Numbered from the stretch's first letter, positions 1 through 23,996 are shown. The stretch: DNA of 64,000 bases from the human T2T-CHM13v2.0 reference genome, Homo sapiens (GCF_009914755.1 NC_060933.1), one strand, 5' to 3'. The notes: a model not told the origin generated them from the letters alone. A program made the numbers and translations.

Positions 1-591
1 CTGGGAAGACCATGACTTTTCACCTCTGCCTGATTTTTAGACTCAGTGCAAGCAAGAAGTGGAGGTTTAGACAGAGTTGCAAACAGCATGGCTAAGCATA
101 GAAGGAGTGATTCAACATAGAGCCAATCTGCAAAGACCTGGAATTTTTCTTTTCTTTTGTACTGCTTTTTTCCTTCCCTTGTTTCCTTTTCTCCAGGCAT
201 TTAAGGAAACATCTGGCAAACCACAGTAAAAAAAAAATATGGTTATGTAAGAGAAGGTTCTGGCTTTTTTTTTTTTTTTTTTTTTGGAGGCTGAGTCTCG
301 CTTTGTTGACCATGCTAGAGTGCAGTGGTGTGATCTCGGCTCAACCTCTGCCTCCCAAGCTCAAGCAATTCTTGTGCCTCAGCCTCCTGAATAGCTGGGA
401 CTACAGGCCCCCACCACCACGCCCAGCTAATTTTTTGTATTTTAGTAGAGACAGGGTTTCACCATGTTGCCCAGGGTGGTCTTGAACTCCTGAGTTCAGT
501 CAATCCACCTGCCTCGGCCTACCAAAGTGCTAGGATTGCAGGCGTGAGCCACAGTGCCCGGTTGGTCCTTGCTTTTAAGAAACCAACACTG

Positions 592-945
<354 letters not shown>

Positions 946-1284
946 CTAATATTTCCAATTTATTGTCAGAGAAGTGAAAAAGATTCATTCCTTTAGCAAT
1001 CATTTCTTAGGCCCTACTGTGTGATACGTGTGGTGGGTGGGCAGAGATGTGACCTGGTCCTCCTCCCTGTCCTTAAGGAGCTCATAGACTAGTAGGGAAC
1101 CCATCCAACTAAAGCACTTGATAGTCTAAGGACCATAAGGAGTATGAACAGAGCTGTGGGAGCTCAGCAGAGGAAGAAGATCAAGAATGGCTCCTTAAAA
1201 GAAGTCACATAGGCCTAATGCTGTGGCTCACATCTGTAATCCCAGCACTTTGGGAGGCCGAGGCGGATGGATCACCTGAGGTCA

Positions 1285-1494
<210 letters not shown>

Positions 1495-1497
1495 TCA

Positions 1498-1779
<282 letters not shown>

Positions 1780-2137
1780 CTAATTGTTCCCCAATATCCC
1801 CACCTTTTAGTTAGTAATGGATTCCCCCTGAATTTTTTTTTTTTTTAATTTTTTGAGATGGAGTCTCACTCTATTGCCCAGGCTGGAGTGCAATGGCGCG
1901 ATCTTGGCTCACTGCAACCCTACTTCCTGGGTTCAAGTGATTCTCCTGCCTCAGCCTCCTGAGTAGCTGGGATTACAGGCACCCACTACCACGCCCGGCT
2001 AATTTTTGTGTTTTTAGTTGAGACGGGGTTTCACCATGTTGGCCAGGCTGTATTCACACTCCTGACCTCAAGTGATCCACCCGTCTTGGTCTCCCAAAGT
2101 GCTGCAATTACAAGCGTGAGCCACTGCTCCTGGCCCT

Positions 2138-2835
<698 letters not shown>

Positions 2836-2897
2836 AAAACAGGAAGAAAAAAAAGGCAATAAGAATATAAAACCTGTTGGCCAGGTGCGGGGGCTCA

Positions 2898-3298
<401 letters not shown>

Positions 3299-3859
3299 TT
3301 ACTGCAGCCTCGACCTCCTGGGCCTAAACAATCCTCCTACTTCAGCCTCCGGAATAGCTGGGACTACAGGCACATGCCACCACACCCAGCTAATTTTTTA
3401 ATTTTGTAGAGACAGGGTCTCACTGTATATTGCCCAGGATGGTCTACAACTCCTGGCTTCAAGGGATCCTCCCGCCTGGACTTCCCAAAACACTAGGATT
3501 ACAGGCGCAAGAGGCATGAACCAGCAGACCAGGACTTTTCTCTCTCGGTTTTCCTTCCCTTTCTTCTAACCCTTCTTTTCCTGTAGTCTACATAAAGGGA
3601 CACACACACACACACAGATTTGCTCCTCAATATTACACTGGTTCCAGATTTTTAGCACCAGATATATAGACAGATTTATATCTTCCTGTTTTTCCTGTCA
3701 ATCCAGCCTCCTGTGAAACAGGCCCTAAGAATGAAAACCATTTCGTCCCTCAAAAGCTCTCTCCTGGCCGGGCGCGGTGGCTCACGCCTGTAATCCCAGC
3801 ACTTTGGGAGGCTGAGGCAGGCAGATCACAAGGTCAGGAGATCGAGACCATCTTGGCTA

Positions 3860-4150
<291 letters not shown>

Positions 4151-4209
4151 TCACAAGGTCAGGAGTTCAAGACCAGCCTGGCAAATACGGTGAAACCCTG
4201 TCTCTACTA

Positions 4210-4456
<247 letters not shown>

Positions 4457-5342
4457 TCACTCATAGTAGGCAGAAGGGTATTACTTTCTTTGTACAATCG
4501 TATTTGAAGGGAATAGAGGGGCTGTGTTGTCCTTGGGAAGCTTTGTATCTTTCCATAAAAGGATATTTTGAGGAAGTCTTAAATGTGGAGATCACAAATG
4601 CTTTATGCTCCCTTTTCCATCAAAATTTCTTCCTTGTTTACATTCCCTTACAGGGTGGAATGGATAACTATTGTTTTGGCCTTCCTGGTATCTGCGCACC
4701 CTTCTTTTGATAGAGAATCCTGATTATACTCTTAATTTCAGGCTATGTGGTTTGACTGGGGACGACCTGGCCATTACTCTAGGATTGGATATGTAATCTA
4801 GTTCTTTCCAAAGCTGGAACTATTAGGAACAAAGCTCCATAATGCTGGGGCTACTATACTAGAAGAATGTAAGGCTGGAGCTGCTGGTATCAGCTTGCCA
4901 TTCGGTAGGGGAGCCTGTCTAAGAATGAAGTCAACACTGAGAAACATAGACCCAAGAGATAGAAGCCAATCCTGATAACACTGTCTGGGAAGCTCCTTCA
5001 GTTTGAGTAGAGCTTCTGTCATTGGAAACCAAATACGTTTTGACTAATCCACAGGGGATATAAAAACTATTTGTCAGCTCTCTAAATGACATTTTGGCAG
5101 ATGATATGCCTACCCAGAATTTGATTAATGTAATTAAGTTTCATCTTATTCCAGAAAGTATTGATGGTCCCTTCTAGCAAGAAGGTCCCTCCTTTGTGTT
5201 TTATTTTGCTGTAAGAAAAAAAGGCAGGCCGGGCGTGGTGGCTCACACCTGTAATCCCAGCACTTTGGGAGGCCGAGGCGGGCAGATCACAAGGTCAGGA
5301 GATCAAGACCATCCTGGCTAACATGGTGAAATCCTGTCTCTA

Positions 5343-5549
<207 letters not shown>

Positions 5550-6397
5550 TCAATTGGGGTTTAAGTTTGTTGGCATTGACAGGGTTCCACTCTATAGCCC
5601 AGGCTAGAGGGCGGTGGCACATCACAGCTCACTGCAGCTTCTACCTCCTGGGCTCAAGGGATCCTCCTGCTTAGCCTCCCCAGTAGCTGTGACTACAGGT
5701 GCACACCACCATGCCCAGCTAAAATTTTTTTGTATTTTTTGTAGAAATGGGAGTCTTACTATGTTGCCAAGCTGGTCTTGAACTCCTCTGCTCAAGAAAT
5801 TCTCCTGCCTGGGCCTCCCAAAGTGCTGAGATTACAGGTGTGAGCCACCGTGTCCATCCACATTTAGGGTCTCTGGCACATACTAACAGGGAGACTCTGA
5901 ACAAATCTGGGGAATATATCTGAACCTTGGTTTCCTTATCTGTCAAATGGATATATGATCTAGGAAGACCTCTCTTCCTTTTCATGGCCTGTTTTTTTGT
6001 TTGTTTGTTTGTTTCCTTTTTTTTTTTTTTGAGACAGAGTCTCACTCTGTCGCTCAGGCTAGAGTGCAGTGGCACAATCTTGGTTCACTGCAACCTCCAC
6101 CTCCCAGGTTCAAGTGATTCTTGTGCCTCAACCGCCTGAGTAGCTGGAATTTTAGGTGCACACCACCATGCCCAGCTAATTTTTTTGTTTTTTTGTTTTT
6201 TTGTTTAGTAGAGATAAGGTTTCACCATGTTGGCCAGGCTGGTCTTGAACTCCTGACCTCAAGTGATCCTCCCACCTCGGCCTCCCAAAGTGCTGGGATT
6301 ACAGGTGTGAGCCACCGTTCCTGGCCTGGTTCTGTTTTGAAACTTGGAGTGGAGTGGAGAAGATACTGCCATATTGTCCTCTAAAGATACTAATTTA

Positions 6398-6538
<141 letters not shown>

Positions 6539-7814
6539 TTACCTGGGTGTGGTGATGGCTGTCTGTAATCCCAGCTACTCCAGAGGCTGAGGCAGGAGAA
6601 TCGCTTGAACCCAGGAGGCGGAGATTGCAAGGAGCCGAGGTTGCGCCACTGTACTTCAGGCTGGGTGACAGATTGAGACAACGTCTCAAAAAAAAAAATT
6701 CTAATTTACATTTTTACATTTTCCTTGTAAATGAGAGTGCCCATTTCCCCACATCCTAGCCAATACCAAGTATTGTCAATTTTTTTTCCTTTTCCTTTTC
6801 TTTTTCCTTTCCTTTTCCTTCCTTCCTTTTTTAGCAGCTAGCTGTACAGGGATTAAAATATGCCAGGGATTTAATTTCTCTAATTACTTGGAAGACCATC
6901 TGTGCCCTGCTTTGATGCAGGAGTCCCTGCTCTGCCCAGAGAACCATGTGGTGCTCTGCCAAAGCCCCTTTTCTCCAGGCTTTCCTACTCCTCATCCCCT
7001 ACCAATTGGCTATGGGATCACTTTTGTCAGAGAGTAGGACTGGGAGATGGAGCTCTAGACAGAAATCCTCCCCACACAGCTGTGCCCCTGATACTCTGGG
7101 GACGGACAATCACAGAGGACCATTTGACATCAGCCACCAGTGGTCACCAGCCAATTTCCAAGAGCTGCATCTGGGCGGAAACCTACTGTGGCTGAAGGAG
7201 TAAAGTGCCCCCCATGCTCACCATGGAGACTTTTGCAGTTTTATCTCCCTTCAGCAGACCTGACTTGAGTTCAAGGCTGAGTCATCAGGGTGAGCATGGG
7301 AGTATTTTTCTTATGCTTAAATACAGGTTAATGACATTATAGCAGAATTCTAGTAAAGAGGGCATGTTTATCCAGTTAAAATTTATTCTTGGCTGGGTGC
7401 AGTGGATCACGCCTGTAATCCCAGCATTTTGGGAGGCTGAGGTGGGCGGATCACTTGAGGTCAGGAGTTTGAGACCAGCCTGGCCAACATGGTAAAACCT
7501 CAACTGTACTAAAAGAAATACAAAAATTAGCCGGGTGTGGTGGCACATGCCTGTAATCACAGCTACATGGGAGGCTGAGGCTGGAGAATCTCTTGAACCC
7601 AGGCGTCAGAGGTTGCAGTGAGCCAAGATCATGCCACTGCACTCCAGCCTGGGCAACACAGTGAGACTCAAAAACAACAACAACAACAGCAACAAAAATT
7701 ATTCTCTATAATGAAAAGCCACAAGCAAAAATTGGTTTTTCAGTTTCCTATTTACTGTCTAGAATGAGACAGACTTATTACAGGCTGTTTGGGAAGAGGA
7801 GAAAGTTGATTTAA

Positions 7815-8072
<258 letters not shown>

Positions 8073-9114
8073 TGATCCACCCGCCTCAGCCTCCCAAAGT
8101 GTTGGGATTACAGGCGTGACCGTCCTGCATCCTTTTATTGTTAGCCATTGAGCAGCAATTTCCCTTCAATTTCATCTACCCCTCCTCAACTCTCTGAAGA
8201 ATCTGAGAGACAAATAAAAGAGAGCTAAAGATGAGGGCCAGAGGAGAAAAAGAAAAAGGTTGCCTCAAAAAGTGGCTCGCTTTTCTTATCAATGTCTTTT
8301 TCTTGTCTATCATTATCGATTCCACCCAGCAATTTCTCTGCCTGATCTGCAGCCCACCTCCTTATCTGCAGACATCCAGAGTGCCCCTTCTTTGCCGGAG
8401 TAAGTCATGTACCTCAGTTGAGAGCTCCCGTTGGGACATAAAGTCCATGAATTCAGTGAGGCCTTGCTCTTCTCTGTGATCAGCACAGAACTCAGCTCTT
8501 GGCCTTGCCAGTAGCAGCAGCAGTCAGAGGTAAAGGGGCCTTGGGGGAGAAGTGATTCTGACTCCTTTATTATGTAGGTGAGGAGACTGAGACTACCCCT
8601 TCTCTCATCAAGAAGGGAAGGCATCTTTGGGCCTCAGTGGCAAAAAGGTCAGGAGAGTGGGTAGTGGGGTGCTGTTGTTTGGAGCACCCAGTTTTGGAGT
8701 CAGACCGACTTGGGTTGAAAGCCAGTGATCCTGAGTAATAACTTCCACTCTCTAAACGTGTTTCCTTCGTTGCAAATTGGGGTTAATAATGTTGTGTTCC
8801 TTACAGAACTATTAAGAGAATTCAATGCACAGAGACATATAAAATACTACGCTTGGAACAAAAGAAGTATTTTAAAAGTCGTTAATATTATGCATTTCAT
8901 TTTTTTTCCTTTTTTTCCCCTTCTAATCAATGTCAGAAAAATTAAGGAAATAGGAAGTCACTTCCAAGGGAGCTCTGGCTGCTCTGCAAACCTGTTAGTT
9001 AGCTATGAGATCCAAGCTACTCAGGAGACCCAGAGCAAGTTGTTACTTCTTTCTACTGATTGGGAAACTGAAGAATAGAAGAAATGTAATTGTCTGCCTT
9101 GCCTAATGGCATGG

Positions 9115-10734
<1,620 letters not shown>

Positions 10735-12357
10735 CATGGTGTAACAGAAAAAGCATGGGTTTTGAAAGTAGGATTTTGAACTGAGTTCAAATGCTGGCTA
10801 TGCTGCCAAGTTGCTTTGTGATCTTGGATAAGTTACAGAACCTCTCTGAGCCTTTCTCCGAGATGTTAATACCTACTACATAGGGTTATTATGAAGAGTA
10901 AATGAAATGATGTATGTGTATGCCAAACACATGTGAAGTTGTGAAATCTATTTTTTTTTTTTTTTTGCCTATTCTAGAATCTAATTTTTCCTTTTTCTGG
11001 TAGCATAATTTGATTTTTTCTTTAGGGAAGTGCCTTTCCTCTTCTGCACACTCTAATGCTAAAACTGTCAGTCAAGATTCCCTACTTCTCCAGCCAAGTG
11101 GTCATATTACCCAAGTTAGGCTAGCCAGACCCTTGTTGCCTGTAATTCGAATCCTTTTGGGGGTGAAATGGAGATGGAAAATGGCTGGAGCTGATTCATC
11201 CCAGGTGTCATTCTGAAAAGACTATCTAATAGTTTTTGCCATCTAGATCTCTGTAGCTACCTGGTTCTTGTCTTTTACTTTTTAAAATTAATTTATTTTA
11301 GATACAGGGTTTCACTATGTTACCCAGCCTAGAGTGTAGTGGCTTTTCACAGGTATGATTATGGAACACTGCAGCCTTGAATTCCTTGTCTCAAGCAGTC
11401 CTTCCACCTCAGCCTCCCAAGTAGCTGAAACTACTGACTTGTGCCGCTGCACACAGCTTAAACCAATAATTTCATTTACTTTATTTTTTATTCTTTAAAA
11501 ATTTTTTAACCAATAATTCTAAAAAATTAAATTTAACATTGTAATGATTTTAGAAAAGCGGTAATTGCTTTAGAAACAAGTCAACATTTCTTTTTAATTT
11601 TAGTCAGTTCAAGTCATGTTAGTCTATGGATTTTAGTCAATGATTTTTTTCCCTTTCAAGTTTTTTATGCTGAAGTGTTTTAAAATAACTGTAGACATTC
11701 TTAACTCTCGTAAATTACATAGTCAAAAAGATTTAATTCCTAATTTCTACTCAAATTTCTCCAACTGTACCAAAAATTACTTATACATGCATTCTGTCCA
11801 AACTAGGATCCAACCACAGATGACACTTCAAATCTTAGAATCCAGGTGCTATGTTCCTTAAGCCTCTTTTAATGTAAAAGAGGTTTTTTTAGACTTTTTT
11901 TTTTTTTTTTTTGAGACGGAGTCTCACTCTGTCACTAGGCTGGAGTGCAGTGGCGCGATCTTGGCTTACTGCAAGTGATTCTCCTGCTTCAGCCTCCCAA
12001 GTAGCTGGGACTACAGGTGCACGCCACCACACCCAGCTAATTTTTGTATTTTTAGTAGAGACGGGGTTTCACCATGTTGGCCAGGATGGTCTCGATCTCT
12101 TGACCTTGTGATCTGCCCGCCTTGGCCCCCCAAAGTGCTGGGATTACAAGTGTGAGCCACCGTGCCTGGCTTTTTTTTCTTTTTGAGATGGAGTCTCATT
12201 CTTTTGCCCAGGCTGGAGTGCAGTACCACAATATTAGCTCACTGCAAACTCAGCCTCCTGAGTTCAAGTGATTCTCCTGCCTCAGCCTCCTGAGTAGCTG
12301 GGATTACAAGCACGCACCACCACACCTGGCTAACATGGAGAAACCCCATCTCTACTA

Positions 12358-12516
<159 letters not shown>

Positions 12517-12534
12517 TTAAAAAAAAAAAAAAAA

Positions 12535-14120
<1,586 letters not shown>

Positions 14121-15475
14121 AGCATGTTGACCAGCGTTATGGAATTTCACTCTATTTACATGTGGCTTAGTGTTCGGCATCAGACTCAGTGGGACCACAA
14201 TACATTTCTGATCCTCTTTTTCATATAGCTCTTCTCTGGCAAAATTGCCCCCAAAATCCCAGCTGCCTTAGTTTCCTCAAACTTGATCTCTGCTTCCTCA
14301 CCCCATGAACACTGCTATGTTCTGCTTGGATTTCCTCACCCTGAGCAGAAGCCTAGAAACTGTCTACAGGCAGAAAGCCAAAGTGTTTTTAGGCTCATCT
14401 TACTTGCTTTTTTCTTCTCTCAGGGAACAGAGTCCTGTACTCCTTGTCCAGTGTCTGAGAATAGGTATTTCATATAAATTTGTCTACTTTTCTCATTCTT
14501 TATCACCAGAGGGCAAGTCCAGTACCAACTATTAGAGGAACTTAGGATTTCATTTTTGAAAAACTTTTAATAATTAATTTAATTGGGTTGGAGTAAAGAA
14601 AGGGGGAAAAAATGAAGGTGGACACCATAAGACTTAAAAGGTAAATGGCAAGGAGAGATCTTTTTAAATACATTTAACAGAAGGATAATGTATGGAATAT
14701 GCCAGCTCCTTCAAATATATAAGAAAAAAGGAAACAACCCAGTGGTAAAATGGGCAGAGGATAATAACAAGCAATTCACAAATGGTCAATAAACACAAGA
14801 AATATACAGCATAAGGAAATACAAATTAAAATCCAATGAAAAACCATTCATTGGCTTGGTAGGATGGCTCACGCTTGTAACCCTGTGCTTTGGGAGGTCA
14901 AGGTGGGAGGATCACTTGAATTCAGGAGTTTGAGGCCAGCCTGGGCAACATAGCAAGATCCCTGTCTCTACAAAAAACTAAAAAATTAGCTGGGCATGGT
15001 GGTGCATGCCTGTAGTCACAGCTACTCTGGAGGCTGAGGCAGAAGGATCACTTAAGTCCCAGAATTTGAGGCTGCAGAAAGTTATGATTGGGCCAGTACA
15101 CACCAGCCTCAGCGACAGAGCAAGACTCTGTCTCTCTCTCTCTTTTTTTTTTTTTTAGCAAAATCAAAAAAATTTTAAATGTCGGCAAGAATACAGCAAA
15201 ACAGCTACCTTCATACACTTTGGTTCCAGTGTAAAGAAATCTGTTTGACACGCAATTTGGAGAAATGGGGAAGCTGTGGTGAATGGGAATTCATGGCCCT
15301 GGACCTACAAAAAGCCTGCATTCCTGCCAGTATGGCTACTTTGTTCATGTGCGCACTGTGCCTGCTCTGGGGGGGTTAATGACACAGGCTATCATCAACT
15401 AGCTGAGTCATTTTGTTTACTTGGCTGTTCAGTGCCTCTTATGTGGTGCATTCTCTCTGGTATGCCTTAACATGT

Positions 15476-15860
15476 TGTTACGAACTGAATTGTGCCCCGC
15501 CCCTCCAAGTTCTTATGTTGAAGTCCTAACCACCCCACTTACCTCAGAATGTGACTGTATTTGGAGAAAGGGCCTTTAAGTAGGTGATTAAAGATCCTAA
15601 TGCAATCTGACTGGAGGCCTTATAAGGAAGAAATCTGGACACACAGAGATACCAGAGACGTGAGTGCACAGAGAAAAGGCATAGAGTTGAGGATACAGTG
15701 AGAAGGCGAAAGCTAAGGAGAGAGGCCTGAGAAGAAACCAAACCTCCTGACACCTTGACCTTGGACTTCTGGCCTCCAGAACTGTGAGAAAATAGATTTA
15801 CATTGTTTAATCCATCCAGTCTATAGTATTTTGTTATGGCAACCCTAGCAAACAAATACA
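15476..15860 (+). mobile_element. MaLR solo LTR (MLT1B-like) inserted in the ERVL pol
   Basis: TGTTA...AATACA termini, MLT1A/B-type body, perfect 5-bp TSD CATGT (15471-15475 / 15861-15865). Confidence 0.85.
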
Positions 15861-16359
15861 CATGTGATACAAAGATCTTCATACTCATGCCCCTTCCTAT
15901 ATGTTCACTTGGAATTCTTTGTCCTTAGATCTCCTTATTCCCAATGTTTCCAGTCTTTCTCATTCAAGGCCTCTAACCAACCAACCAGTCACTCACCACT
16001 ATCCATGATTCTGAATATATCCTAACCTCAGGCTACTTTTATTCACCAAAATTAGATGGTGCATTTGCCAAAGCTTCCCAGTTAGGAGGATTGCTTCTTA
16101 ACACCTTGTCTTTCAGGGTCCTCACTATGTCCTATTTTCTGCTTGCGTTTTCTCACCCACCGAGCCAACCTCCTCTGTTAGCTGGCCACAAGAGCATATA
16201 TGGCAATAGATATAAGCTAAGAGGTGCTAAGGTAAGAGCAGTAGATGACTGGGGGCTCGTGCCACCTGCAGCTTATGCACTTTAGCTGTATTTGTGTCTG
16301 CTCCTGAATGTACCACTTCTGCATTGCGACAGATTGCTGCTGGCCCATCCACCTTATGA

Positions 16360-16720
<361 letters not shown>

Positions 16721-16768
16721 TGATGTCCTACAGTCAGGCACTTCATCTTTGCCATGGTCAGATGCTGA

Positions 16769-16888
<120 letters not shown>

Positions 16889-17195
16889 TGAGTAGCTGGA
16901 ATTACATGTACACGCCACCACGCCTGGCTAATTTTTGTATTTGTAGTAGAGATGGGGTTTCACCATGTTGGTCAGGCTGGTCTTGAACTCCTGATCTCAA
17001 ATGATCCACCTGCCCTGCCTCAACCTCCCAAAGTGTTAGGATTACAGACGTGAGCCACCTCGCCCAGCCTCATTTTTTAAAAAATTTGTAATTATCTGCT
17101 GCAGATATCATAGCCTTACTGTGGAACCCTAGGGGTCTAGGTTGTGATTCTCTTATCGGAGCTTGTCAGAAACTCCACATGATGCCTTTTGCCAC

Positions 17196-17554
17196 TGTCT
17201 TAGTGTGTTTGTTCTGCTTTAATAAAATACCTGAGATTGGGTAATTTATAAAGAACAGAAATTTATTTCCCACAGTTCTGGAAGCTGGGAGGTCCAAGAT
17301 CATGGAGCCAGCGTGTCTGGTGTCTGGTGAGGGTTGCTGTCTGATTCCAAGATGATGCCTCTTGCTATGTCCTCACATGGTGAAAGGAGGAAGGGCAAAA
17401 AGGACTGAACACTGTGAAGCTTCTTTTATAAGGGTCTTAATCCCATTTATGAGGGAGGAGACCTCATGACTTAATTATCTCCTAAAGGCCCCACTCCCTG
17501 GAGATTAAGTTTCAATGTAAATTTTGTAGGGACACAAACATTCAGACTATAGCA
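17196..17554 (-). mobile_element. MaLR solo LTR (MST-type)
   Basis: tgtcttagt...gggtaatttataaagaacagaaatttatt...cagttctggaagctggga signature; perfect TSD GCCAC. Confidence 0.85.
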
Positions 17555-17837
17555 GCCACCACCATAGGTTCTGCTGGGTTCTATGGTTCAAACAGTAGGA
17601 CCATTTGCATCCCAGCCTGGAGCTGCTGCTGAGCAGGTCACTTATCCTGGACCCACTCGAAGCTGGCAGCCTTTTGTGTCACCCAGTATATGGATTAGAG
17701 TGATATTCCCAAGTAAGGACTAATACTCTGCCTCCAGAACAAAGACACCTTAGTTGAGAGTGTGGGGAATGAGAGATGCAATATTGTAATTTGTCTTTTA
17801 CTTTGAAGGGAATGTCCCAGCATTTCCCAAACTACTA

Positions 17838-18239
<402 letters not shown>

Positions 18240-18580
18240 TTAAAAGACTTCCAATGAATTTGCCATTTTTTACACATCCAGTCTGATTACTTTTCTGTCC
18301 TCCATACCGGCAACAATGTGATGTTCTGTGGTGTATCCAGATGATTAAAGTCCCTTCAGAATATATATATATTCTCTAGGCCAGGCACAGTGGCTCATGC
18401 CTGTAATCCCAGCATTTGGGGAGGCCGAGGTGGGAAGGAATCGCTTGAGTCCAGGAGTTCAAGACCAGCCTAGGCAAGAGAGCGAGACCCCATCACTATT
18501 TTTTTTTTTTTTAAATAGAGGCCGAGGCAGGGCAGGTGAGATCAGGAGTTCAAGACCAGCCAGACCAACATGGTGAAACC

Positions 18581-18623
<43 letters not shown>
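18581..18623. repeat. (CTAT)n tetranucleotide microsatellite
   Basis: About 10 perfect units between two oppositely oriented Alu pieces. Confidence 0.95.
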
Positions 18624-19259
18624 CCAATTTTGAGACAGGGTCTTGCTCTGTTAACCAGGCTAGAGTACAGTGGCATGATCATAGCTCACAGCAACCTTGA
18701 CTTCCTGGGCTCAGGTGATTCTCCTACCTCAGCCTCCCTAGTAGCTAGCTATGGACTCCCAAGTAGCCTCCAAGTAGCTGGGCCCATACCACCATGCCTG
18801 GCTAATTTTTAATTTTTTTTTTTTTTTTGTAGTGACAGGGTTTTGCCATGTTGTCCAGGCTGGCCTTGAATTCCTGGGCTCAAGTGATCCTCCTGCCTCG
18901 GCCTCCCAAATTGCTGAGATTACAAGCATGAGCCACACACAGCCTCAGAATATATTATAATAGTGGGCATGAAATTAACATAGCTCTGGGCCAAGACTAT
19001 ATATGTATGCTACTGTCCATTCCAAGTGACAGTTAACTGTTTCTGATCCTCCTTTAGAGATGGAAAAGAATGCCTTTACCAGATTAATGGTCACATATCA
19101 CACATACCATGTATTTGAGGTAACGTTAATCTGCTTTAGCAAAGATACTAAATCTGGCACCTGCAATTGCAGCTACTACTTTTTTGAGTGTGTCATAGTC
19201 TACTGGACATCCTCCAGAATCTATCTAGGATTCTGTTGAACCAAAAGAAATTATGATAG

Positions 19260-19445
<186 letters not shown>

Positions 19446-19819
19446 TAGCTAATTTTTTTTTTCGTATTTTTATTAGAGACGGGGTTTCACCGTGTTAGCC
19501 AGGATGGTCTCAATCTCCTGACCTTGTGATCCGCCTGCCTTGGCCTTACCTCTGCATCTCTTAAATCATTAAGAGTACCATTGATCTCTTTCACTACCCA
19601 TAAGATGCAATCTTGTTTTTGATTGCTATCTTGCTGGGGTAGGGAGAAGTTTCAGAGGCTTCTATTTGGTCTTTCTCATGACGTTAGCACTTACCTCACA
19701 GGTCATAGGGCCAATGTGTTAGTTCTTTTAACAGCCAAGTATGTTGATTTTATTCATGTATTTGGCAACCAGGGACATAACCACTGGGTGTGTCTGTGTG
19801 CACAGTAGATTCCCTGTGA

Positions 19820-20100
<281 letters not shown>

Positions 20101-21288
20101 TGATCCATCTGTCTCGGCCTCCCAGAGTGCTGGGATTACAGGTGTGAGCCACTGCTCCTGGCCAGGAGTCCATTTATTACAGGGTCTCCATATGCCCCAA
20201 CTCTAAAGGGGGGATCCTGAGGATGCTTTGAGTCCCATACTGGTATCAATTTCATTTCAGACCTTGTGTCCAACAGTCCTTGTATTGCTTGGGTAATATT
20301 GCTCTTTCCACTGCGTTTGGGGGCCCAAACAAATACTAGTGGACCTTTTTGAGGAAGGACTGGAGGAATCATTGCCAAATACATTTATTAGAGTGTCACG
20401 GGGTCCTCCTTCTGGAGACCTGGCAGCTGCTTCAGTCACTGGGTTGCAGGTCTGAAGACTGGTTGTGATCCAGAAGCTGAGCAATGAATCATGACTCAGC
20501 TTCTTGATCATCTAGCCTGGGTTCCTTTTAATTGTCTAGGTTGAGTAATATCCTTGTTGGCCATCTCACCTTTAAGAACATCATGAACTATTAGCCATCT
20601 CCATCGCTCTCTGCAGGTCAGGACCCTCTGGCTGCTGTTCCAACTTCATAGATCATTGTAATTGCAACTATTTGCTTCTGATGGTTACATGCTGCTCTCT
20701 GGCCTCTATTATTTTAAGATACTATTATTCCCATTGCTATCAAGGTGCCCTGTTCTGAAACCACAAGGGCAGCTACCACTGAGCTTCTCAGTAATACCAA
20801 TATCACTTTTCTTTTTTTGAGACAGGGGCTCACTCTGTCACCCAGGCTGGAGTGCAGTAGCATGATCTCGGCTTGCTGCAACCTCTGTCCACCCCTAGGC
20901 ACAATTGATCCTCCCATCTTAGCTTCCTGAGTAGTTGAGACCACAAGCATGTACCACCATGCCTGGCTATTTTTTCTGTATTTTTAGTAGAGATGGGGTC
21001 TCACTGTATTGCTTAGGCTGGTCTTGAACTCCTGAGCTTAAGTGATCCACCCACCTTGGCCTCCCAAAGGGCTGAGATTACAGGTGTGAGCCACCGTGCC
21101 CAGCCCCTCCAATGTCACTTTCATCAGAGAATTCCTTGGAGCTCTTCTGTGGAAAAGTCATTTGGTAAGTTTCCTGGTTTTACACGGTATATCCATTCTA
21201 ACTTTCCTCTTCTTTTAGTCTTTTGATCCCTACTTGCACCATCTCCTATAGCAGTTCTGATATTTCTTTTTTTTTTTTTTTTTTCTGA

Positions 21289-21393
<105 letters not shown>

Positions 21394-21454
21394 TGAGTAG
21401 CTGGGATTACAAGTGCCTGCCACCACGCCTGGCTAATTTTTGTATTTTTAGTAG

Positions 21455-21812
<358 letters not shown>

Positions 21813-21850
21813 TGATCTCGTCTCACAGCAAGCTCTGCCTCCTGGGTTGA

Positions 21851-22294
<444 letters not shown>

Positions 22295-23116
22295 TAGTCT
22301 CGATCTCCTGACCTCTTGATCCACCCACCTCGGCCTCCCAAAGTGCTGGGATTACAGGCGTGAGCCACCGCGCCCAGCCTAATTTTTGTATTTTTAGTAG
22401 AGATGGGGTTTCACCATGTTGGCCAGGCTGGTCTCAAACTCCTCAAGTGATCCACCCACCTTAGCTTCCCAAAGAGCTGGTATTAGAGGTATGAGCTGCC
22501 CGGTCTGATATTTCTATTTATTTATTACAGCCCATCACTTTCTCTAAGCTCATAAGACCCATCCTAAGAATATGTTAGCACTATTTCTCAGGGTCCTTGT
22601 CAGGGTGTTAAATCCTGTGTTCCAAGTTGATAACCTCTCCCTATTTTGGTTGAGAATTGGAATCCTCAGAATCCAGTCCCATGAATATTCTCCTGCCATT
22701 TGTCAGTACATATTGGTTATGTTCTACAGCTCCTTTAGCTATAGTCTCTTTCCTCCTTCGGCATGTCCTGGTCATTCATGTTGTTATTTAATTTTAGTTA
22801 TTGGTCCAATGATTAGGTTGGGACTTTAAAGTAGATCCAGATGGCAAGGCACCTATCTTTTTTTTTTTTTTTTTTTTTTTTGAGACAGGATCTTGCTCTG
22901 TCACCCAGGCTGGAGTGCAGTGGCGCAATTTCGGCTCACTACAGCCTCGACCTCCCATGTTCAAGTGATTATCCGGCTTCTGCCTCCTGAGTAGCTGGGA
23001 TTACAGGTGCACACCACCATGCCCAGGTAAAGAGGCACCTGTCTTGTAAGGCAGGTATTTTTACATTGTCTTCAAGCAAGGAGGAATGCTAAGCTTTAAC
23101 AAAGAGGAATGGGCAA

Positions 23117-23996
<880 letters not shown>

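Noticed and set aside
20136-20384. 82-aa retroviral protease-like ORF as a functional gene
   Set aside because: Catalytic DTG is DTR, the ORF is truncated by an Alu, and flanking gag/pol is full of stops and frameshifts.
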